Source of the DNA: Octopus sinensis
Lineage: Eukaryota
Direction: 5' to 3'
Assembly (NCBI RefSeq): GCF_006345805.1
Contig: NC_043020.1
Coordinates: forward strand, 1,116,001-1,180,000
DNA: 64,000 nucleotides
Made by a program: the position numbers and the translations under genes. How positions within the stretch are numbered: position 1 is the first letter of the stretch; every line of letters starts with the position of its first letter. Below the pieces are notes generated by a model that saw only the letters and a program-made list of their open reading frames with translations, was not told the origin of the DNA and did not search any database. Positions 54,661 to 64,000 of this stretch are shown here, piece by piece.

Positions 54661-55617
54661 TAAAGGCCCGGTCTGAACGCAAAAGTTGAAACGTGGCGAA
54701 TTGGGGGAATTGTCAGAGCGTTGCAAAAAATACTTAGAATTATTTCTTTCGATTCCGTACCTTTTTGAGTTAAAATTCCAATATTTAAATTTAATCCTTT
54801 TGAGGTAGATAAACGAAGTACCATTCGATTACAGGAATCAATGTGCATTCATTTATGTGTGTGCGAATGTGTTTGTGTGTGTGTCTTTCCGTGTTTGTGT
54901 AGGTCTGTATGTCATCTGCTCTACTGTGACGTCACTATTGATTCAACGAATCTCCGTCGTGCGCACAAACACAATCAAAAATATCTAAGGAGCGTATGAA
55001 TGGCTGAGATCGACTATGTATAGATAGATAAAGAGATAGATAGATAGATGCATACATACATACATACATACATACATTCATACATACATTCATACATACA
55101 TACACACATACATTCATACATTGATAGAGTAACAGAGAGATTGATGATTGATTGATTGATTGATTGATTGATCGATCGATCGATCGATCGTCTGATTGAT
55201 AGTCAGACAGATATTGCACAGATTATTTTCATGCAGATAATTTCCAAAGAATTGTCGATATTCGAGTTTATGTTCGGTTGAAAAATGAAGGAAAGAAGAT
55301 GATTTGTCTTGGAGAAAGATTCTTCGTTCGATTTTGATATCTAAAGAGAAAGATAAAATGCATTAAACAATGAAACTATCCAAGATGATCGAACTGATCG
55401 ATAATAGAAACCTAACCTGTCTCATTACATAACAAACTAATTGCAAATCCAATTTTTTAGATATTTTTTTCTAGATTTTTCATCAATTTTATCGAACCGC
55501 TTCTGCTATAAATCAAGATTCTCGCCAATAAAGAAGAATTTAATTTTGAATATCACAAACATTAAAATTACCGTTTTTTTTCAATATTGTATATATGCAT
55601 GTGAGTGTGTATGTATG

Positions 55618-55671
<54 letters not shown>

Positions 55672-56114
55672 CATATATATATATTTCGTTTTTGGATTAA
55701 AATAAAAATAAGAAATAAGTGGAAATCATAAGGCACAAAAAGAAAATGACTCTCCCCAGACACAACTAAATATATATATATGCACGTATATGTATGTGTA
55801 CAAGCATGTATGTATATATATTTATATATACTTATACATATATATATATACATACTCACACAAGTGTGTATGTGTACGTATGCATGTGTATATAATTTAT
55901 ATAATTATAACCAAAGACAAAGAAGTGAGCAGAATTTTTTTTATTTCTTTGATTTACAATTGTTTCCTCGAAAATTGAACTCATGAGCCTTATTATAAAT
56001 CAGTGAAATGAAAGAACTTGTTCACTCCATTCTCTTTGGTTATAATTGAAGATACTGTGGATTTTCGGGGCTTTTCAAACTTCTTTTTGATATAACATAC
56101 AAATACCTGATTAC

Positions 56115-56159
56115 CTGCTGTCTGATAGCCTGGATCCGTGGATGAGCTAATTACAGCTA
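56115..56159 (-). CDS. Candidate 45-nt symmetric (phase 1-1) exon
   Basis: Acceptor TTTTATTTGGGTGTTGACAG and donor CAG|GTAATC. Only one frame is open (xAVISSSTDPGYQTA). Confidence 0.25.
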
Positions 56160-56201
56160 CTGTCAACACCCAAATAAAATTACATGCACACGCCTACATA
56201 T

Positions 56202-56536
56202 CGGGGACACCCTTCGGTCACGAATGACCATGGGATTGCATCTAGAAATTTACCCTGCGAGGCACAAGTCCGGGTAAGGTTGTTTATAGAAAGCCAGCAG
56301 TCGCCCATGAATACCGGCCTCCCCTCTTCACACCACCGATGTTATTCAAGGGAAAGGCAAAGGGGCCGATACAGCTTGGCACCAGTGATGTCGCAACTCA
56401 TTTCTACGGCTGAGTAAACTGGAGCAACGTGAAATAAAGGGTCTTGCTCAAGAAGACAACACGCAGCCTCGTCCGGGATTCGAACTTCAACCTCACGGTC
56501 GTAAGTTCGATGCCCTAACCACTGAGCCATGCGCCT
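56202..56536 (-). mobile_element. SINE head D + tail Z
   Basis: A box TGGCTCAGTGG, B box GTTCGAATCCC, TTGAGCAAGACCCTTTATTTCACGTTGCTCCAG, and a unique tail ending GACCGAAGGGTGTCCCC. A flanking repeat CGCCTACATAT lies at 56191-56201 and 56532-56542. Confidence 0.85.
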
Positions 56537-57075
56537 ACATATATGTGTGCGTATTTCTATGTATGTATGTATCTTATAGAGAGCGGGAGATCTTATGGCT
56601 TGCACCCTTTCACTTTATGTTAAGTCTATACTAAAGGTCTTTTTTTTCAAAATCCCAAGGTATAATTTTCCACCCTACCATAAATATTACCCTCTTTCAT
56701 ATTTCATATTCCACAACCCCAAATCTGAGATCTATAACCGTCGCTTCTAATAGGCGGTAGCTGGGTCCCGTGAATTACCCATGTGGCTCCCACGCTACTT
56801 CAGTTGATGCAAACACCGTAAACCTGGAAAAACTAAGCTACTTTAGCAGTAGCAGCGTTAGCACCAATGTCCCTGGTATTAGAGTCATTAACAGCTGAAA
56901 CCACGGTGATGAAAATATGATCCATCTTCTTGACTTTTGTACAGCTGGAGATGATTTAAACCTACATTAAAATTCAGCTAATTATACCACCTCTATATTA
57001 TCCAATGTCTAGCAATACCTCAAAGGCGACTGATTTGAATACTGATCTTCAAAGTGATGTTCTTAGACTTGAAAG

Positions 57076-57198
57076 CCTCCTGCATCTTGCAGCTCACCTG
57101 CAACGGACCGGCGTGACGTCCAAGTGGGGAACCTATACGCCAAGGAAACCGGGAAACCGGCCCTTATGAGCCAGGCGTGGATCGAGAAGGAACAAACA
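57076..57198 (+). mobile_element. 5'-truncated SINE A/X 3' half
   Basis: CCTCCTGCATCTTGCAGCTCACCTGC...GGCCCTTATGAGCCAGGCGTGGATCGAGAAGGAACAAAC. Confidence 0.85.
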
Positions 57199-57304
57199 AT
57201 AGTTTCATATGTTGAGGTATATGGTTTGTGCTTGATGAATATATTTGAGGTATTCCTCAACATATGAAACTATTAATAACACATAAAAGCATGTATCAAA
57301 TAAC

Positions 57305-57342
<38 letters not shown>

Positions 57343-57981
57343 TAATATAATCGTGTGTTCGTATGTGTGTGCGTGTGTCTATGAGTGTGTGTGTGTGTGT
57401 GGTCTGTTGTACCTCTTTCTTGTACGTTCTTGTTGTTTAATTATAAAACTACAAAATCGAAAAGCGGAAAAATATTTGAATGATGTTTATGTGTAAAAAA
57501 AACATTTTCATTGAATAATATTAATTTGATTAAATATTATTTAAAAAGAAATTACAAAATTGCCAACTATTACAGACGAATATACCAGACTTTAAAAAAG
57601 AGTAAGAAGTGGAATCGTTTTTTGTCTTTTGTTTTTTCATCCAAAATCTTCTTAAAGTGGTTCCCTACCTTGGCTCAAGTCCAAAAATGAAAAAAGTTAA
57701 ATATTTCAAGATAAGATGAATATATATATAATGATTAAAAATACTAACTGACCGCCTTCGTCCTTCAAATGTAGGCGCTGGTGGAAAACCGGAAGACACG
57801 TTTTGAAATCAGCATCGAAAATGGTTACTTGTTTTTCGAACTAAAAGTCATTTCCTGTTGCACATTTTTTAATAATAATAATAATAGTGTAATAATAATA
57901 ATAATAATAATAATATAATAATAATAATAATAATAATATAATAATGAGAAGAAGAAGAAGAAGAAGAAAAAGAAAACTAGG

Positions 57982-58026
<45 letters not shown>

Positions 58027-58421
58027 GTAGGGGTGTTGGTGATGGCGGTGGTGGTGGTGATGGTGGAGATGGTGGTGATGGTGGTGGTGGTGGTGGTGGT
58101 GATGGTGGTGGTGGTGGTGGTGGTGGCAGCAGCAGCAGCAGTAGTAGTAGAAGTAGTAGTAGTAGTAATAGTAGTAGTAGTAACACTAGCAGTAGTAATA
58201 TTAAGAAAGCGAATAGTGATACTAATACTACTACTAATATAGATAATGATAACACCAGTAACAATAATGATGAAGACGATGACGATTATGACGTTGACGA
58301 TGATAATGAGGATGATCACGATTATGATGATGATGATGATAGCATTCAGTGTTATAAAGAAACCATACTGAAAAAAAACAAACTGAATGAAAACTAACAT
58401 AAAATATAAACATACATACGT

Positions 58422-58456
<35 letters not shown>

Positions 58457-58501
58457 CACACGCCACATACATATATATTATATGTATGTATGTATATGTA
58501 A

Positions 58502-58537
<36 letters not shown>

Positions 58538-58570
58538 CGTCATAAAATATTCACCTGTTGATTTTCTCAG

Positions 58571-58620
58571 GTGAAAGTTAAAAGCAAGAGAACAGTGAAC
58601 GATGAATGTAATGAAAAACA
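58571..58620 (+). CDS. Candidate 50-nt exon of an unidentified gene
   Basis: Strong acceptor TTGATTTTCTCAG and donor GTAAGT. The fully open frame reads VKVKSKRTVNDECNEK; an alternative start ATG at 58602 gives MNVMKN. Confidence 0.4.
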
Positions 58621-58747
58621 GTAAGTTTGTGCTGTTGTTTTTTACGAAGTAGCCTCGCCAATATTCTTTATTCTCTTAGTATTATTGGACTCTGTATATC
58701 CCACCATGTGAGTCTCTCTCTCTCTCTTTCTCTCTTTCTCTCTCTCT

Positions 58748-58781
<34 letters not shown>

Positions 58782-59015
58782 CTCGCTCTCTCTTTCTTTC
58801 TTTAAATACGAGAGATTTTTTTCTTTACCTGATTCAAAATCTCTAAAGAACATCTGGGAGGTTTCTGTCAGTTTTTATTAACCTGTAGTGCGTAGGTGTG
58901 TATGTATACATGCGTGTGTGTATATACGTATGTTTGTATGTGTGAATGCATGTATGTATATGCGTATTTATGCACATGTATATATAATATATATATGTAT
59001 ATATCTGTATGTGTT

Positions 59016-59052
<37 letters not shown>

Positions 59053-59150
59053 TGTGATGTATGCATGTATGTATGTATGTATGCATGTATGCATGTATGT
59101 ATGTATATGTATTATGTGTGTTTGCATGTAGACATATGTGTGGGTGTCGC

Positions 59151-59331
59151 TAGCCACTATACCTTTTTCTATTTTCTCTCCCTGTATATTTCTGTGTCCT
59201 TTCTGTCGAAGAGCACAGGCTCGAAACATAAAAGACTTTCTCACTTCCTTGGCGTTAAACTAATACATCTGTTTGTTGCTTACACACCCGTTTTCGGCCT
59301 TTGTTTTTGTTTTTTTTTTTGTAAATTCTCA
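59151..59331 (+). mobile_element. H family copy 4
   Basis: CTTT-CTGTCGA-A-GAGC acag GCTC-GAAACATA-AAAG at 59199-59234; TAGCCACTA start. Confidence 0.75.
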
Positions 59332-59905
59332 CTATATTTGTGTGTAGATATATGTGTGTGTGCAAATATATATTTTTATATATATATATATATATATTCA
59401 CATATATATATGTATATATATATATATATATTCACATATACACATACCCACCTAACTACATATATATAAATATATATGTGTTTTGAAGCTGCCAGGTGTG
59501 TAGATGGGTAGGTAGGTACGTCCCTAGGTATGTACAGGTACAGATAGGCAGGTATGAAAGTAATTAAGAATCTAAGTTGTGGGATTTGGTTTAATAAAAA
59601 GAGAAAAAAATAGGAATTGAACTCTCTACGTGAAGCAGTGTATAATGATTTACTGGCCGAAATTACTGCAGGAGGAACTCAAAATCCCAGAATTTCTTTT
59701 CAAGGTATTTCACAAACACGGCTTGAAATTCTTTGACATGAAACTTTCGGACCTTTCGCTATTCATATAACAATGGATGCTATTAAAAGAAATATGTACA
59801 TAAACGTAAAAACACCTTTTACTTTCCTTACCTGGGCGTCTTTTAATACTTTGCATGTACCACGTCCTCGTGTTGTTTATTTCTTGTGTTTTTTTATTAA
59901 TTAAT

Positions 59906-59950
<45 letters not shown>

Positions 59951-60179
59951 AATGGAGTTAAATGCAGGTGTTATTAAAATGTGAATAACATCTGCGTTTA
60001 ACTCGATTTATTTATTTATATATATTATACAAAAAAATTCACGTAAACCCGAAGTTTCTACCTTTAAAAACAAGGAGTTACAACCTTTTTACCTGTGTGA
60101 TTTTTGCTACCCTGTTAACTATTTATCTATTTTTTTCCGTGTTAATTGTTAACAAGGGAAAAATACACACATCTATGAG

Positions 60180-61230
60180 TAGGAGCCTCAGTATCCACCG
60201 TAATAAGAGTGATTTTGAACCGTGGTTTCCACCTGAAGAAGCGGCTAGGACATCCGTTACCGTTCTCTTCCCACAAAGCTGTCAGACTGGAGTTTGCTCG
60301 GCAGAATTAGACGTGGGATAGTGAAAGACCCATTAACAAAACATCATGCCCCGTAGTCCATTTAACAGGGTTCTGTTCTCTGATGAGAAAAATGAAATTT
60401 GGGTGGCCCCCAACGATTATAAGTGTTACTGACCAGATAAATGTATACAAAATTCTACTTATTCCAAGTGGCGGAACAGCGGAGTTCTTATGGTGTTGGG
60501 AGAAATATCTGCCAATGGGAACCTGTCACTTATCATCATGGATGGTCCTTTTCAATGTTGCACGATCGGGACTCATATTGACGAAAAAGGAAGAAGAATC
60601 CATAGCGAGAACTTTATATTTCAACTGCACAAAGCTCCTATTCATAAAGGCAACTTTGGGTTTCCTCCATGAGTGGAAGTCATGCTATGTCCAGCAATAA
60701 GTCCCGACCATGATCCTATAGAGAATACCTGGGAACATCACACGATTGTTGGGTACAGCGGAGGCAAGCAGTATTAATCTGTTGGTGGAGGCACATGGCC
60801 TAGTGGTTAGAGCAGCGGACTCGCGGTCGAAGGATCGCGGGTTCGAATTTCAGACCAGGCCATGTGTGTGTTTATGAGCGAAACACCTAAGCTCAACGCG
60901 GCTCTGGCAGAAGGTAATGGCGAACTTCTGCTGACGCTTCTGCCACAACTTTATTTCACTCTTTCCTCCTGCATCTTGCAGCTCACCTGCGACGGACCGG
61001 CGTCCCGTCCAGGTGGGGAACCTATACGCCAAGGAAACCAGGAAACCGGCCCTTATGAGCCAGGTGTGGCTCGAGAAGGAACAAACAAATTGATCTGTTG
61101 AACTTGAAACGGCAATAAAGAAGACCTAGGAAGAGCTTCGTCTTGATTGGCTACGGACATTGTTTGGGAGCAGGAAATCACGTGTCTTTCAGTAATTCTG
61201 AAAGGTAGAGGTCAAACACACTATTGTTGA
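60180..61230 (+). mobile_element. Decayed Tc1/Tc3-type transposase split by a SINE
   Basis: GASVSTVIRVIL..HKAVRLEFARQN*TW..VLFSDEK..SPDHDPIENTW, resuming after the SINE as ELETAIKKT*EE..GRGQTHY. TIRs not found. Confidence 0.85.
60785..61092 (+). mobile_element. SINE head A + tail X
   Basis: Same as 17502-17816; 8-bp TSD ATCTGTTG at 60777-60784 and 61093-61100. Confidence 0.9.
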
Positions 61231-61469
61231 TGTAGTGCATGAGAATATCCTTGAGAAATAATCATAATTTCCCTGTTTTACATCACTGTCGTTGCGGTAG
61301 GAGTGACTGCGACAGCAGGTGCGAGAAGGGTAACAGCGGCGGCAACGGTGACAGTGACGGTGGCCACAGAGTCAATGGAGGGGTCGAGGTAGCGGCGGCG
61401 GCAGCCGTAGAAACAGCGGCAGCAGCGAAAGTGGCAAAACTGGCGACAATAGTGATAGCAGCAGCAACG

Positions 61470-61999
61470 GTAGAGGCGCAATGGCCCAATGATTAGGGCA
61501 GCGGGCTCGAGGTCGGAGGATCGCGGTTTCGATTCCCAGACCGGGCGTTGTGTGTGTTTATTGAGCGAAAACACCTAAAGCTCCACGAGGCTCCAGCAGA
61601 GGGGGGGGGAGACCCCTGTTGTACTCTTGTACTCAATGGCCCAATGGTTAGGGCAGCGGACTCGCGGTCGGAGGATCGCGGTTTCGATTCCCAGACCGGG
61701 CGTTGTGTGTGTTTTTTGAGCGAAAAACACCTAAAGCTCCACGAGGCTCCGGCAGTGGGTGGTGGCGACCCCTGTTGTACTCTTTCGCTCCAACTTTCTG
61801 TCACTCTTTCTTCCTGTTTCTTGTCGCCGTCTTCCTACGCAACCGCTGAGCCTGGATGCGCATTCATCCATCCGTCGATGCTCTCGGTGTCGGGGGTTGA
61901 CCTGCTTTCTCTTCTGCGGGTCTTACGAATAGCAAAGGACCACGTTTCGGACTTCTCCCATCTTTTGAGCTCTGGGACGAAGACTGTTCGCTCAACAGC
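61470..61999 (+). mobile_element. SINE with duplicated head A + tail W
   Basis: Head 1 spans 61470-61633 and head 2 starts at 61634 (CAATGGCCC), then tail W ending TTCGCTCAACAGC. An extra tail-W 3' fragment lies at 62204-62288. Confidence 0.88.
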
Positions 62000-62802
62000 T
62001 CAACAAGTGCAACAGCAACAGAAACAGCTTTACAGTCGCAACAACATCTCTATGTAATATTCCAGAAAAATAAAAAGAAATTGGGGGGGTGGGATTTCTA
62101 AATATGCTGAGAGTCTGGTGGTCGTCGTGGTAGGCAGTAAGATCTGTTTAAAGTATTTAGTAGGGTCATGGGGAAAGAGAGGCAGTACGAATGACGAGAA
62201 ATGGAATAGCAAAGGACCACGTTTCGGACTTCTCCCATCTTGCGAGCTCTGGGACGAAGACCGTTCGCTCAACAGCAACAGCAGCAGCTACTGAGATTGC
62301 GGCAGCGCAGATGGCGGCAGCGGACACAGTGGAAACAGTGAAGTGGTAACCGTAGCAACGGCGACAATGAGGACAGCGACGCGGCGTCAGTAGCAGCGCC
62401 GATTAAATGGCATTTTTCAGAAATACGTTTTCGCTGGCGTAGATTACGAAATGCGGATGCTTCTGAAGATAATCCGATAAGAAAATACGATAGGTGTTAC
62501 AATGATGGAGATTGGCGATTACAAAAGCCAAGGATGAAATAAATTCAAAACGCCTTCCCCATCGAAATATTATCTTTTTCCCTGACTTTTATCAACATAA
62601 TTGTAAGCTACACTCTCGAAAACCTATCCCCGTAAAATATCACATAATGTATGTATTTTTCAGAATAATTAAACAAAGGCACGTACATATACAAATATAA
62701 ACTTACATATACACACACTAACACATATACACACACTTACAGCCACGCACATATTCACATACACGCACACACACAGATACACTCATATATTGTTTAATAG
62801 CG

Positions 62803-62880
62803 ATTCGATTCGTCACCATGCGACTTAGTTTTATAGGTTCGTCCATCGAACCTATCTCATCAGGCACGGAGGAACCGAAT
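62803..62880 (-). ncRNA. Extended type I hammerhead ribozyme fold with one core substitution (G12A)
   Basis: Minus strand: AUUCGGUUC-CU-CCGUGC-CUGAUGA-G-AUAGGUUCG augga CGAACCUAU-AAAA-CUAAG-UC|GCAUGG-UGAC-GAAUCGAAU. Stem I is 6 bp + internal loop + 9 bp; stem II is a perfect 9 bp; GUC cleavage triplet. Confidence 0.7.
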
Positions 62881-63652
62881 GAAGGGAGTCCAACATGCCT
62901 TCAAGATATTAGGTTCCTATTGCTCAGTACGGATCACACACACACACGTACACACATACAGACATACACACACACATACATACATACATACATACATACA
63001 TACACACATACATACATACATACATACATGGACATGTATGAAATATATTTATAAAGCAAGGTGGACAAAATAGTACTCGATTACCAAAGATTGAGTAAAA
63101 TACTGTGTTTAATTGAATAATGCAAAACTTCATAGAATGTTACTCAGAGTTTCACATAATTGAACATCAGAAAAAAGTGAACGTTTGGAGAAATAATATT
63201 GCTTATAAATATTTATAAATGCTGCAATGAAAATTATTTGAAATTCATCAAAATGACAATTAAAGATGGTTGGACAGGGGTTTATAACCATTCACAGCTA
63301 ATAACATAATTAATGGAATTTGTAGGATGATACGACTGACCGTTCACGAAAAACTATAAAAGCATTAGACGCGAGTGAAATAAAGTTGAATAAAAAAGAA
63401 TCTTTTCAAATTGCTCTTTTATTTAACTTTCAAAGAAAACATTTCAAAGCATTCTAGAATTAAAGAATTTAAGAATAATAAACGAAATATGTTATATATT
63501 AAACAAGATCGAATGAATGTAACAAATTTACAAATTGATACAAATGTATTTGTGTGACTAAAGAAAGGCGAAAATGTAATGCTAGACAGAGCGACGGGAG
63601 TTAAGCCTTGATATACGCCATTAGCTCCATTGATACAGTGACAGTTTGTATA

Positions 63653-63690
<38 letters not shown>

Positions 63691-63709
63691 GTATGTATGT
63701 ATATATATA

Positions 63710-63743
<34 letters not shown>

Positions 63744-63746
63744 CAT

Positions 63747-63915
63747 TAGCCACTACACACATTTTTTCTCTCCTTGTGTTTTTTTTCTGTGTCCCTTTCT
63801 GTAGAAGAGTTTAGGCTCGAAACGTAAAAAACTTTTTCTATTCCTGAGCGTTATACTAATGCATCTGTTTGTTTTCTACACCACCTGTCTTCGTCTTTTG
63901 TTTTTCGTAAACTTT

Positions 63916-63918
<3 letters not shown>
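63747..63918 (+). mobile_element. H family copy 5
   Basis: CTTT-CTGTAGA-A-GAGT ttag GCTC-GAAACGTA-AAA at 63795-63829; between (TA)n tracts. Confidence 0.75.

Positions 63919-64000
<82 letters not shown>

Noticed and set aside
54926-54935. CRE palindrome GTGACGTCAC
   Set aside because: An isolated short motif without supporting context; it could be chance.
62462-62488. SEDNPIRKY resembling the N-terminal region of voltage-gated calcium channels
   Set aside because: Only ~9 residues are similar; the flanking residues (RSLF.F before, AK.ITEWPPF after) are absent.

Overview
AT-rich eukaryotic DNA saturated with microsatellites [(TA)n, (TATG)n, (ATT)n, (GAT/GGT)n, (AGAT)n]. The repeat content looks like an octopus (coleoid cephalopod) genome; this is inference from the style of the repeats. 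No intact host protein-coding gene is recognisable. Nearly all ORFs in the track are microsatellite translations, and only a few short splice-bounded candidate exons exist. Coding remnants are all decayed transposons: a 2.85-kb CR1/L2-group LINE (APE+RT, 44.4-47.2 kb), an RTE 3' end, an R4/Dong-type RLE end, a Tx1/L1-type RT fragment, and three Tc1/mariner relics. There are dozens of tRNA-derived SINEs. I use my own labels: heads A, B, C, D and tails W, X, Y, Z. Many copies have clear target-site duplications (TSDs). The most interesting signals are: (1) several hammerhead-ribozyme folds, including a five-copy ~170-bp element whose core carries a family-wide CUGUNGA variant; (2) SINE-B head-body-body-body trimers bounded by single TSDs; (3) modular head/tail shuffling among SINEs and a SINE-LINE pair with a covarying 3' stem-loop; (4) a family of near-perfect palindromic elements with a shared one-sided leader. 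There is one 100-N scaffold gap (24117-24216) and a probable false 720-bp duplication.
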